Positions 9,632 to 19,319 of a stretch of DNA of 64,000 nt are shown one piece after another (position 1 is the first letter of the stretch; every line of letters begins with the position of its first letter). This stretch comes from Candidatus Thorarchaeota archaeon (GTDB lineage: Archaea > Asgardarchaeota > Thorarchaeia > Thorarchaeales > Thorarchaeaceae), in NCBI GenBank assembly GCA_029855935.1, contig JAGSHN010000019.1, positions 32,001 through 96,000 on the forward strand, read 5' to 3'. Below the pieces are notes generated by a model. The model saw only the letters and a list, made by a program, of their open reading frames with translations, ran no database searches and was not told the DNA's origin. The position numbers and the translations under genes were made by a program.

Positions 9632-9690
9632 TACTAATTAGTATTTCGGCGACGAAATATTGGATATCGAACAAAACGAAATGCTATTAT
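9632..9690. promoter_or_regulatory. Divergent promoter with putative MarR operator
   Basis: TACTAATTAGTA palindrome 9632-9643; TATTTCG-N4-CGAAATA 9642-9659; second CGAAAT half-site at about 9677. Confidence 0.6.
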
Positions 9691-9745
9691 CCGGGCCTGT
9701 GCCACTTGTTGTTCGCACCCCTTGCGATGGACGAGGTAGCGTCTG

Positions 9746-10180
9746 ATGGCGGATGATCGTGAGCGTCTCCTCTACGAGTTTGTGGGACTTCTCAGAGAGC
9801 TCAGCAGGATGAGATCGTTCTTTGTGATTGAGGGTCTCACCCTTGAGGAGTTCATGGTCCTAGATGAGGTCTCCGAGTCGGGGCCCTGTGTGATGCGTGA
9901 CATTGCCACGGCACTGTCTCTTCCCCCAAGCACCGCCACGGGGATAGTGGATCGCCTCGTGGAGAAGGACTATGTCCGGAGACGTCACTCCGACCGTGAC
10001 CGCCGAAGGGTGATCGTCGAACTGACGCCAGCAGGACTCTCCGCATACAACAAGTTTCGGGACAGAGCTCTGGCTCAGGTGGAGGACTCTGTGAGACATC
10101 TGAGCAATGGCGACCTGCAGGCACTAATGAAGATAATACGCAAGATACTGGACCGTGCTGGAGAGCGGATGCAGTCCTGA
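9746..10180 (+). CDS. MarR family transcriptional regulator
   Basis: LPPSTATGIVDRLVEKDYVRR..DRR.VIVELT. Confidence 0.92.
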   Translation: MADDRERLLYEFVGLLRELSRMRSFFVIEGLTLEEFMVLDEVSESGPCVMRDIATALSLPPSTATGIVDRLVEKDYVRRRHSDRDRRRVIVELTPAGLSAYNKFRDRALAQVEDSVRHLSNGDLQALMKIIRKILDRAGERMQS

Positions 10181-10327
10181 TGGGAGCCTTGGCCAAGGTT
10201 GAGGACGGACATTTTCTCCGACGAGATGTGTTCGTCTATCTGCCAGGACAGTCCGTACCAGAGAAAGAAAATGAGGATGGAGGCGATGAGTCTGAGACTC
10301 ACCGCTCCATATACTGGGAGTCCTGTT

Positions 10328-12145
10328 CTACGGTACAGTCAGGGTCTCGGATGTCTCCACGTTGTCCGCGGAGTTATAGGTGTATCCCGTCTTGACGAGA
10401 TTGGTCACAGTGGATGTGTACGTGCCGGTCCCGCCACGCTGATACACGAACGTCACAGTTCCATCCGTCCCCGTGTCTGCGTTACCAGTGGCATGCGAGC
10501 CATCAGGTAGTGTCATATCCAAGTAGACGGTCACGCCCGAGAGTGGCGAGCCAGTTCCGTCGTGGACTGTCACCTTGGTGTAGACATCGTACCAGACGAA
10601 GATCCAGAAGCCGCCCTTCTGATACCACATGTCGATGCTGGCGACATGCATTGTGTTGGCAGATCCTTCCTCTGTGGTCGCAGAGGCTGGATCAGACTTC
10701 TCACCCTCGTTGCCTGAGGTGTCGACCGCTGAGACCTCGTAGGTGTAGGTTGTGCCTGGGGACAGACCTGAGTCGGTGTAGGTCGTGTCCGTAGTCTCGG
10801 CAATCTTGGTGCCGTCACGGTAGACGTTGTAGTGGTCGAGGTCCGACTCGGTGTTGGCATCCCACGTCAGCTTGATCTGGGTTGACGACAGGGTCGTTGC
10901 GGTCAGGCCGGTCACCTTGGCTGGTGGGGTCGTGTCAGGGGGTGTGCTGCCACCGCCCGCAGCGTCCACTGCAGCTGGGGCGTTGACCTCACCATATCCG
11001 TACCGTTCGTCCCAGCCGGAAGGTCCGAGGTCGGTGGATGTCGTGTGGAGTATGTCCCTCACCTGGGCGGGCGTCAGGTCATGATTGGCACTCAGTATCA
11101 GTGCAACGACGCCAGCGACCATCGGACAGGCCATTGAGGTACCGCTCATCGTGTCATAGTTCTTGCTGTAACCGTACCACCAGCTGGTGAGTGTCACCGA
11201 GTAGGTGGGCATCGTGCTATATATGTCGACACCGGGAGCGACAACCTCCTGCTCAGGGCCGTAGTTGCTGAAGCTTGCGAGCTGATGGTCCTTGTCAATT
11301 GCTCCCACTGCGATGGCGTTATCGTATGCTGCAGGATAGGATATCTGGTTCTTGCCGTCATTGCCTGATGCTGCAACGACAACTATGCCGGCATTGTATG
11401 CGCGGTTGACCGCATCATTGAATGCCGAGTCGTAGCTACCACCGCCAAGGCTCATAGAGATGACGTCCATCCCGTTGTCTATCGCCCAGTCTATGCCGGC
11501 GATGATGTCACTTGTGTAGCCTGAGCCGTAGGCATCGAGTACACGGACAGCATAGATCGAGGCGTGGGGTGCAACTCCTATGACTCCCTCACCATTGTCC
11601 TCTGCCGCGACAATTCCCGCGCAGTGCGTGCCATGGCCATTTTCGTCCTTCGGGTCGTTGTCATCATCGACAAAGTCGTGACCGCCCGCGTAGACATCGT
11701 CAAGGTCGGGGTGCGTGTAGTCAATTCCGGTGTCCAGTATGGCGACCTTCACGCCACTACCATCCGGATTCCCTTGGACCACGTCGACAGCATCCTCGGC
11801 TCCGCCCCAGACCTGTTCGGCGTCCACATCGTCGACACCCCAGTCCAGGGTGTCTTGGAACAGACTGACTCTGTGGTCAATCTGGATTGACGACACGAAC
11901 CACGCATGTTCGAGTGTATGGTACAGCGCCATGGGGATTCGTGCGGCCATACCGTTCAGCACACTGTATTCTTGATACACATCTATTCCCGCTATGTTGA
12001 CCTCTACTCCCGGTTTGAACAGAATGACCGCGTTGACATAGCGATCAGTCTGTGGCGACCGATTAATCGCGACGAGCGCGTTGGAGAAAATGAGTACTGA
12101 GATCACCACAGCGGAGAACAGAACCGCTCTCTCTCTTCTCCTCAT
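10328..12145 (-). CDS. Secreted S8 subtilisin-like serine protease with FN3 and Ig-like C-terminal domains
   Basis: Signal peptide, I9-like propeptide; catalytic ILDTG, HGTHCAG, GTSMACP; FN3 region PAKVTGL..YEVSAVD. Confidence 0.95.
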   Translation of the reverse strand: MRRRERAVLFSAVVISVLIFSNALVAINRSPQTDRYVNAVILFKPGVEVNIAGIDVYQEYSVLNGMAARIPMALYHTLEHAWFVSSIQIDHRVSLFQDTLDWGVDDVDAEQVWGGAEDAVDVVQGNPDGSGVKVAILDTGIDYTHPDLDDVYAGGHDFVDDDNDPKDENGHGTHCAGIVAAEDNGEGVIGVAPHASIYAVRVLDAYGSGYTSDIIAGIDWAIDNGMDVISMSLGGGSYDSAFNDAVNRAYNAGIVVVAASGNDGKNQISYPAAYDNAIAVGAIDKDHQLASFSNYGPEQEVVAPGVDIYSTMPTYSVTLTSWWYGYSKNYDTMSGTSMACPMVAGVVALILSANHDLTPAQVRDILHTTSTDLGPSGWDERYGYGEVNAPAAVDAAGGGSTPPDTTPPAKVTGLTATTLSSTQIKLTWDANTESDLDHYNVYRDGTKIAETTDTTYTDSGLSPGTTYTYEVSAVDTSGNEGEKSDPASATTEEGSANTMHVASIDMWYQKGGFWIFVWYDVYTKVTVHDGTGSPLSGVTVYLDMTLPDGSHATGNADTGTDGTVTFVYQRGGTGTYTSTVTNLVKTGYTYNSADNVETSETLTVP

Positions 12146-12157
12146 CTACATCACCAG

Positions 12158-12240
12158 TGTCCTGTGCTGCGATCAGGACATTTCCAATCTCTCATCCAAT
12201 AGATGAGATGATGCAGTAATGACTAATCTGATATTTAAAG
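12158..12240 (-). promoter_or_regulatory. Subtilisin promoter with inverted repeats
   Basis: TATA-like CTTTAAAT (minus, about 12233-12240); TCTCATC-N5-GATGAGA 12190-12208; TGTCCTG-N9-CAGGACA 12158-12180. Confidence 0.5.
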
Positions 12241-12340
12241 ACACTGGCAAAAACTGCACGCGTCTCGAACGTCGCACAGACGCACCCAGTTGTGTTCTTA
12301 GTGAGTGGGTCAGCTCGCTGGTGGAGTCGCCCGTTCAATA

Positions 12341-13531
12341 TCAGCGCTCCATATCGCGGAGCGGGGTCTCGACCACATACGACCGGTCGTTTCTCCAGCC
12401 ACTCTCTGGGTCATAGTTCTCGTGATAGAAGAAGTACGTGTAAGAAGAGTCGAGCTGAAGCTGATAGACGTGGACATCTCTACAGTGCTCCCAGAAGAAC
12501 TCGGAGATCTCAGGAGCGAATGATGGCGGTGTCATCGAGTAGAGCAGGAAGTCGTTGCCGTTGGTCACGCCCTTCATCTCGAAGGGTATGGCGCCGCTGT
12601 CGATGAACCAGTGGAAGGTCCGGGCATTGAGTTCTCCCTCTGTGTCGAACGTGCCGATGATCAGTTGCGGATACGTGAGGTCAAAGATTGTCCGGTCGTA
12701 GTAGAGGATGTCCTTAGGAGCAAAGAGCCTTCTGATTCGTTCGACGCGTCGTGAGATGGTCGTGGCATCTCTGTCATAGACCTCGGCCAGTCGAGTGAAG
12801 TTCGGATGGGCGTTGATTGTCAGTTCGCGCAACAGCTGTAGGTCGAGCAGGTCTATGGACTCAGGTGGGGTCGGCCTGTCCTCGGGTGGGCTCTTGTCAG
12901 GACAGCGCTCAAGGAACTCACTCCAGATGGACTCGACACGACTCAGACGAATCCCTATGGCTGACTTCCTCCCGTACTCGATCTCCCATCTATTGGTCTT
13001 GATGTCCCAGCGCTGGAGGTCGGCACCACGACCTGCAACGAATCTCGACTCGATGACTCTATAGTCCTCGCACGCGCCTCTCTCAACAAGAGCGTTGTAC
13101 AGGTCACGTATCATGATGTCTGTCTGAGGCGGGATGTCAAACTGGGCGTACAACACAGCCTCGTCTCCAAAGGCGACGACACGATAATGGGTGTGTGGAT
13201 GGACATCGCAGAGTCGTTTGAGCCTGTTCAGCTGGTCCCTTGTCTGTATCCCTAGGAAGATAATATGGTGCCTAAGCAGGCCGAGGCTACTGGGGACGTA
13301 GGCGGCCTCGACCTCCGTCTGGAGACGCTCTCCCAGTAGCGGATCGGTTATCACCCTGCTGGGACGTAGAACTCCTCTCTCACGCAGTTTCATCAGGCGG
13401 AGTCGGACTGTCTCTGGTGCGACACCCATCTTCCTTGCTATCTGTGTGTTGCTCAGTGAAGGTTCCTGTTCGAGGGCCAGCAGAATCTTGAGGTCCCTAC
13501 TATCAATGTGTGTCGACGTGGAGGCCACCAT
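12341..13531 (-). CDS. Tandem wHTH Lrp/AsnC-like transcriptional regulator (copy B)
   Basis: DLKILLAL..SNTQIARKMGVAPETVRLRL and LDLQLLRELTINA..DATTISRRV; HPHTHYR matches HPYTAYR of copy A. Confidence 0.82.
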   Translation of the reverse strand: MVASTSTHIDSRDLKILLALEQEPSLSNTQIARKMGVAPETVRLRLMKLRERGVLRPSRVITDPLLGERLQTEVEAAYVPSSLGLLRHHIIFLGIQTRDQLNRLKRLCDVHPHTHYRVVAFGDEAVLYAQFDIPPQTDIMIRDLYNALVERGACEDYRVIESRFVAGRGADLQRWDIKTNRWEIEYGRKSAIGIRLSRVESIWSEFLERCPDKSPPEDRPTPPESIDLLDLQLLRELTINAHPNFTRLAEVYDRDATTISRRVERIRRLFAPKDILYYDRTIFDLTYPQLIIGTFDTEGELNARTFHWFIDSGAIPFEMKGVTNGNDFLLYSMTPPSFAPEISEFFWEHCRDVHVYQLQLDSSYTYFFYHENYDPESGWRNDRSYVVETPLRDMER

Positions 13532-13591
13532 TGCTCTGTCTTCCTGTCAGATGTTTCATCGGGCTTTGGAGGGGACGTTGTATTGTGCTCC

Positions 13592-14101
13592 TCAACGGAC
13601 CCCGAATGTCGGCTTTCCGCCCTCACTTCCGCCTGGCGGGTCGAACACGTAGTGTTTGTAGTCATATGGGGTCCCAGGTGTGTAGAGTATGGCGTGGACA
13701 TAGACGGTGTAGTCGCCGGACTCTGTGGCGTGATTGAAGAACAGATTCTCTATCGTCACTGTGTCATAGAATGCGAGCACGTAGACTATGTACGAGTAAT
13801 TGGTCCCCGAGGGTAGCTGTAGGGTGATCAGGTAAGCGAACCGGCAGTACGGGAAGAGGCCCTCGATGTCGAACCGTGTGATCACGAGGACATCATCGGA
13901 GAACGAGTCGTGGTCGAGGTCAGTGTAGGTCGCATATGTTATCGTCACAGTGATAGTCGGCTCGGTGCTGTCAGAGGAGTCGTCGGTGGAGGCCGCATAC
14001 GCGGGCTGGACTCCAAGCAGCGCGAAGACCGTGAGCACTAGCAGGCCCGCCACGAGCGCTCTTGATTTCATCCCTCTCGGCGGGGTAAGCATCTCTCTCA
14101 T
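13592..14101 (-). CDS. Secreted hypothetical protein with DxDxD loop and FDPP motif (copy B)
   Basis: Signal peptide ending PAYA; YTDLDHDSFSDD, LPSG, TESGDY, FDPPGG. Confidence 0.8.
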   Translation of the reverse strand: MREMLTPPRGMKSRALVAGLLVLTVFALLGVQPAYAASTDDSSDSTEPTITVTITYATYTDLDHDSFSDDVLVITRFDIEGLFPYCRFAYLITLQLPSGTNYSYIVYVLAFYDTVTIENLFFNHATESGDYTVYVHAILYTPGTPYDYKHYVFDPPGGSEGGKPTFGVR

Positions 14102-14253
14102 CTCTTGCCTCCTCTCAAGTAGGCTGCACGCTGGTATGGCAAGATGGCTATATATTGGTTTTGGGAGAAACTGCGTTGCAGCTGGCAGTGCCGTACTACT
14201 GAGGGACCGTCAGCCGTGCTTGTCGAGGAGCGGAGGGGCGGACAGTAGCCGCC

Positions 14254-15510
14254 TCATGTCCCCTCGGCATATGCTCTGGCGTAGGCCTCCTGTTCCTCCG
14301 TCCACTCATCTATCTCTATGCCCATCGTGTGGAGCTTCATCAGGGCGGTCTGTTGGTCCAGCTCGTGCGGGAAGTCGTAGACCCCAGGTTCCAGCTCCTT
14401 GCCGTGTCGGGAGAGCCAGAGCATCGCATTGAGCTGCCCTGCAAAGCTGAGGTCCATTACCTCACTGGGATGTCCGCTTGCTGCAACAAGATTCACTAAT
14501 CGGCCCTCTGCCAGCAGATAGATGGTCCTGCCGTCCTTGAGCGTGAACTCCTCAAGAGCGTGACGCACCCTCTTTCGCGAGACACTCATTGCCACCAGAT
14601 CGGGCTCGTTGATCTCCACATTGTAGTGGCCAGCATTACCGAGCACGGCGCCGTCCTTCATCAGCTTGATGTGCTCGCCTGTGATGACATCCTTCATCCC
14701 GGTCGCCGTGATGAACAGGTCGCCCTCGCGTGCAGCGTCCCTCATTGGCATCACACGGTAGCCATCCATTCGTGCCTGCAGAGCTCTGACCGGGTCGACC
14801 TCCGTCACGATGACATCAGCGCCCAGCCCTCTTGCACGCATCGCGAGGCCTCTGCCGCAGTAGCCATAGCCCGCAATCACGACGGTCTTTCCTGCAATCA
14901 GTATCTCTGAGGCCCGGAGGACCCCATCAAACGTGCTCTGTCCCGTCCCGTAGACGTTGTCGAACATGTGCTTTGTGTCAGCGTCGTTGACGGCCATTAT
15001 CGGATACTTCAGTACGCCGTCCTCGGCCATCGCTCTGACCCTGATCACACCGGTCGTGGTCTCCTCGGAGCCGCCGTACAGATTCGGTATGAGATTCTGA
15101 TGCTTGTTGTGCAGTGTGAAGATCAGGTCGGCGCCATCGTCAAGCGTCAGGTGCGGCTCTATCTTCAGAGTCTGGTCGATGCACCAGTAGTACTCCTCGG
15201 TGGTGAGGCCGTTCCACGCAAAGACCGAGACATCGTTTGCAGCAAGGGCGGCGGCGACCCTGTCATTCGTCGACAGGGGATTGCATCCACACCAAGCCAC
15301 CTGCGCGCCCAGCTCTCGGAGGGTCTCCACCAGCACTGCTGTCTCCTTTGTCACGTGAAGACAGCCCGAGATTCTGAAGTCCCTCAGCGGCTTCTCCTTC
15401 GAGTACTTCTTCCGCAGATGCATCAGCACTGGCATATGCTTCTCAGCGTAGTCAATCAGCCTCCGGCCCTCTTCGGCCAGTGAGATGTCCTTCACCTTGT
15501 AGTCCGTCAT
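14254..15510 (-). CDS. ahcY: Adenosylhomocysteinase
   Basis: GCLHVT, LDDGADL, EETTTG, KHMFDN.YGTGQS, GYGYCGRG, GHPSEVMDLSF. Confidence 0.97.
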   Translation of the reverse strand: MTDYKVKDISLAEEGRRLIDYAEKHMPVLMHLRKKYSKEKPLRDFRISGCLHVTKETAVLVETLRELGAQVAWCGCNPLSTNDRVAAALAANDVSVFAWNGLTTEEYYWCIDQTLKIEPHLTLDDGADLIFTLHNKHQNLIPNLYGGSEETTTGVIRVRAMAEDGVLKYPIMAVNDADTKHMFDNVYGTGQSTFDGVLRASEILIAGKTVVIAGYGYCGRGLAMRARGLGADVIVTEVDPVRALQARMDGYRVMPMRDAAREGDLFITATGMKDVITGEHIKLMKDGAVLGNAGHYNVEINEPDLVAMSVSRKRVRHALEEFTLKDGRTIYLLAEGRLVNLVAASGHPSEVMDLSFAGQLNAMLWLSRHGKELEPGVYDFPHELDQQTALMKLHTMGIEIDEWTEEQEAYARAYAEGT

Positions 15511-15594
15511 AGTCTCATCCTGCCGTGACTCGCGGGCACAGTCATATTAGTGTTACATCACTGTCGGGAATCAATTGCACGGTGTTGTCCCGCA

Positions 15595-16539
15595 ATGAAG
15601 CAGAAGATTACTAGCGATGAACAGAGGTTACTGTGGCTTCTCGTCCGGAACGCGAGGACGCCTCTGACCGTGGTCGCCGAACAGGTCGGTCGCGGTCGTA
15701 ACTGGGTCGCACGGACGGTACGTCGTCTTGCAAGGACCGGTGTGATCCGGGCCTATACCACAGTCGTGAATCCGCTGGCGGGCCACATAGAACGCAGCAC
15801 GATACTCCTTGTGAAGACGAATCCACGTGAGACTCATCTGAGTGGTGCATTGCTCAGAGTCCCAGACATCGAGTCCCTTGACGGGATCTCGGGGGAACAC
15901 TCCCTGCTTGGGCTCTTCAGGTTCTCCAGCGCAACATCGTTTCGCGACTTCCTCGACCTTGTTGACAGTACGATAGCACGCAGCTCGTGGAAGACCTACT
16001 CACTCGTGCAGGTCCTCGCGACATACAAGACCAGGGGTTTTGAGGTGATGGCCCCTCCGCGAGTCAACTCGCCTCTCTCGGCCACTGACCTTGAGATACT
16101 GCGCATAGTCCGTCGTCAGACTCCCTCCCCTGAGAGACCGTTCCCGCTCTCGCAACGCGACATCGGTTCACGGCTGAGGCGACCACTGAGCCAACCGGCT
16201 GTGTCCAAGGCACTCGGGCGTCTTGAGTCAAGTGGTGTCATCCTCGGGTACTCTGTGGACATACCATTCCAGTATCTGGGCCTGCCAATCAAGTTCTTCG
16301 TGCAGATCAAGGCCTCCCCCGGGACAATTGCTGACACTGCACGCACCATTGCCGCAATCGAGGAGGTGTGGGACCTGCACAGGACGAGTGAGTCGTACAG
16401 TCTGTTTGCCACTGTCAGGACATCAAGTATCGACGACTACAATCGCTTCCTGCGCAGGCTCTATGGCGACGAGAATGTTCTCGACACTCACTCATACATC
16501 TCGCTTGAGGAGTGGCCGCTGCCTGCTCATAGTGGTTGA
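15595..16539 (+). CDS. Double-domain Lrp/AsnC family regulator
   Basis: Two HTH+RAM units (NARTP..GVIRAYT..ISGEHSL; SQPAVSKAL..GVILGYSV..TSESYSL). Confidence 0.85.
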   Translation: MKQKITSDEQRLLWLLVRNARTPLTVVAEQVGRGRNWVARTVRRLARTGVIRAYTTVVNPLAGHIERSTILLVKTNPRETHLSGALLRVPDIESLDGISGEHSLLGLFRFSSATSFRDFLDLVDSTIARSSWKTYSLVQVLATYKTRGFEVMAPPRVNSPLSATDLEILRIVRRQTPSPERPFPLSQRDIGSRLRRPLSQPAVSKALGRLESSGVILGYSVDIPFQYLGLPIKFFVQIKASPGTIADTARTIAAIEEVWDLHRTSESYSLFATVRTSSIDDYNRFLRRLYGDENVLDTHSYISLEEWPLPAHSG

Positions 16540-16616
16540 CGCCACTTGGCTGTGAGCGCTGACGGAGGATCAACTTGGTCTTCCGTGCTCACACAGCGTG
16601 CCCCCAAGTTGGCCCA

Positions 16617-16988
16617 TCAGTAGATGACCATGTCCTCACGACTCAGATAGGCCATCTCGAACTCGCCGGTCAGACGGAGGACATTTCGAGGGCAGGACTC
16701 GACGCACTGGTTGCACAGTGTGCATCGGTCGAAGTGACAGATTGGACGGTAGCCGGTCTTTGTCTTCACGTCCTCAGGCCGACACTCTATCATCTCAATT
16801 GCGCCGGAGGGGCATACTCTCTCGCAGATCTTGCAGCCGGTGCACTTGGCGGGCTCGGCGTACTCCCAGCGTCCTCTCAGCCCCTTGGGGATATTCAGTC
16901 CCCTCTTTGTCGCCGGATATACCACGGTGGCAGGCTTGGACACAGCACCCCTCAGCAGCTCTCTCTCCATCTTTCCGAGTCTTGGCAT
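16617..16988 (-). CDS. NuoI/EchF-like 2x[4Fe-4S] subunit of group 4 hydrogenase
   Basis: T..YP, GLRGR, CTGCKICERVCP, CTLCNQCVESCP. Confidence 0.9.
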   Translation of the reverse strand: MPRLGKMERELLRGAVSKPATVVYPATKRGLNIPKGLRGRWEYAEPAKCTGCKICERVCPSGAIEMIECRPEDVKTKTGYRPICHFDRCTLCNQCVESCPRNVLRLTGEFEMAYLSREDMVIY

Positions 16989-16992
16989 CTTC

Positions 16993-18084
16993 TCACACCA
17001 CCCCCAGCATCGGGAACACGTAGACCAGCGCGACCTGTACTATGAAGAGTGACAGGATGGCAAGCGGGACCATAACCCTCCAGGCGTAGCGCACAATCTG
17101 ATCGATACGCCATCGTGCGAATGCAGCCCGCATGTTCGACAGAATCACCACGACGACAGCGGACTTCAGCATGAAGACCAGCGGATAGTACACCCATCCG
17201 ACCCAGGTCGTCGCAGCCAGTGTTGCAAAGTCCACTGAGAACAGCCGGAGTGGGATGAACTCAAGCAGGTACGGTCCTCCGAGAAACAGCGTCGTCGCCA
17301 GTCCTGCGCTGTACACGAGAAGGATGTCCTCAGCGAGGTGAATCAGCGCGAGCTTCTTGCCACTGTACTCGACCTGCCAGCCATGAACAATCTCAGTCTC
17401 GGCGTGGCTCACGTCGAAGGGTATGCGCTCGAGCTCGGCCTCGCTTGTGATCAGGAATATGATGAAGGGTAGCATAAGCAGCCAGACGGTCGCAGGGCTT
17501 GACCGAACGAGGGTGTTCATTATGGTGCTGACGGACAGGCTACCCGCCAGAGTGGCAGGGATGATCAGGGCGATGATGAGCGGAATCTCAAAGCTGACCA
17601 ACAGCATACCCGTGCGTGCCGCCCCAGTCTGACCGAACGGGTTTGAGGAGAAGTATCCCGCGAGGATGATGAGTATTGCCACGAGGGTGCTGAGGAACAG
17701 TATCAGTATGAGGTCACCCTCAAAGCTCAGGATACCCTGAACGCCCGGCATGCTTGGGTTCACGTCCACCACTGGTAGGAACATGCAGAGGGTGAGGCTG
17801 AGAACCAGCATCACCACTGGGACTGCAGCGAATCCGCGTCCGTCGGCCTTCTCTGGCGTGAGGTCCTCCTTGCCCAGCAGCTTGAAGAAGTCCATCAGAG
17901 GCTGGAGGATTCCCCTCCATCCGGTGTGAAGCGGGCCTATTCGGTTCTGCATTCTCGCGTAGACCTTTCTGTCTACCCACTCCCAGAGGAGTGCCAGAGT
18001 TGTGATGAACAGGATTCCAGGAAAGACTAGGACCCAGAGTATCTGTAGGAGTATGTCCAGAGGCGTCGAGGCGAAGATCTGCAT
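16993..18084 (-). CDS. NuoH/EchB-like membrane subunit
   Basis: DRKVYARMQNRIGP, QPLMDFFKLLGKE, ERIPFD..AETEIVHG..EYSG. Confidence 0.92.
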   Translation of the reverse strand: MQIFASTPLDILLQILWVLVFPGILFITTLALLWEWVDRKVYARMQNRIGPLHTGWRGILQPLMDFFKLLGKEDLTPEKADGRGFAAVPVVMLVLSLTLCMFLPVVDVNPSMPGVQGILSFEGDLILILFLSTLVAILIILAGYFSSNPFGQTGAARTGMLLVSFEIPLIIALIIPATLAGSLSVSTIMNTLVRSSPATVWLLMLPFIIFLITSEAELERIPFDVSHAETEIVHGWQVEYSGKKLALIHLAEDILLVYSAGLATTLFLGGPYLLEFIPLRLFSVDFATLAATTWVGWVYYPLVFMLKSAVVVVILSNMRAAFARWRIDQIVRYAWRVMVPLAILSLFIVQVALVYVFPMLGVV

Positions 18085-18088
18085 CTCC

Positions 18089-19318
18089 TCACTCCTCCCT
18101 CCTCGGGTGCATCTTGTACCATTTGTTCGCCCGGACGCGCATCACATCCAGTGGGACCAGCTCCATCGTATCGTCCTCGGCATCGACTATGACGACCCTG
18201 TCGGTGCAGCTGTAGCACGGGTCGATGGCTGCAAGGATTATCGGGGCGTCCGCGAGATAGTTTCCTCTCAGTGTGTGCGCCATCGATACCCAGTTGGCGT
18301 GAGTCGGCGCCCGCACCTTGATTCTCTCGGGCTTGTCGGTGCCGTTGGTCACCAGATAGTGAATGAGCTCTCCCCGCGGTGCCTCGTGACGTGCGAGGAC
18401 CTCGTTTGGCTGAATCCGCGGACGGACGCGCTCACGGATAGGGCCGTCTGGCATGTTCTGGAGCAACCAGCGGCACATATCGATTGCCTGCAGTGTCTCG
18501 ACGACTCTGACGACCGAACGGCCCGCGACATCGCATCTGTCACTGAGGACCATCTCGAAGTCGCCAGTGTCCATCATAGGTATGTAGGCCTGTGTCGGGT
18601 CATTGAATCTGACGTCAACCGGGACATTGCTCCCCCGTGCCGTGGGACCAACGGCGCCTGTTCTCTTTGCAACATCAGTCTCCAGAATTCCCACACCCGC
18701 GACGCGATCCCAGAAGGTCTTCTCATAGATGACGACATCGCGATAGTACTTCATTCGTTCCTCTAGCCTGTCGAGACCCCTCAACAGCCTCGGTACGAGT
18801 TCGTCTGGGACGTTTCTCCGTACACCGCCAACGGTGTTCATATCATGGTGAACCCTGTTACCTGAGATGCTCTCGAGCATGTCCATCACGACCTCGCGGT
18901 CGCGCCACGTGTACATGAACGCCGTGTCAAAGCCCACCTCGTGGAACGCCACGCCGAGCCAGAGGATGTGAGAGTGAATCCTATCGAGCTCCCAGATCAG
19001 TGTCCTGATGTACTTGGCCCGCTCCGGGATCTCGACCTCGGCGGCGAACTCCACGGCCTGGGCGTAGTTCCCGTTGTGAGTGGCGGAACAGATGCCACAG
19101 ATGCGGGCCAACAGGTACAGGTTCTGGATGTGAGTGTTGGACTCTGCGAGCTTCTCCACGCCTCTGTGATTATAGCCGATGTTTACCTCAGCATCGACTA
19201 TGTACTCACCCTCTATTGTCAGCTTGAACATCCCGGGCTCCTTCAGTGCCGGATGCTGTGGGCCTATCGGGATGGACACACGCGGTGGGATGACGACTCT
19301 CTTCTCTGTGCTGGTCAC
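18089..19318 (-). CDS. Group 4 [NiFe] hydrogenase large subunit (NuoD-like)
   Basis: GPQHP, HRGVEK, L1 RICGICS, EAPRGE, L2 DPCYSCTDR plus C-terminal extension. Confidence 0.93.
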   Translation of the reverse strand: MTSTEKRVVIPPRVSIPIGPQHPALKEPGMFKLTIEGEYIVDAEVNIGYNHRGVEKLAESNTHIQNLYLLARICGICSATHNGNYAQAVEFAAEVEIPERAKYIRTLIWELDRIHSHILWLGVAFHEVGFDTAFMYTWRDREVVMDMLESISGNRVHHDMNTVGGVRRNVPDELVPRLLRGLDRLEERMKYYRDVVIYEKTFWDRVAGVGILETDVAKRTGAVGPTARGSNVPVDVRFNDPTQAYIPMMDTGDFEMVLSDRCDVAGRSVVRVVETLQAIDMCRWLLQNMPDGPIRERVRPRIQPNEVLARHEAPRGELIHYLVTNGTDKPERIKVRAPTHANWVSMAHTLRGNYLADAPIILAAIDPCYSCTDRVVIVDAEDDTMELVPLDVMRVRANKWYKMHPRREE

Positions 19319-19319
19319 T

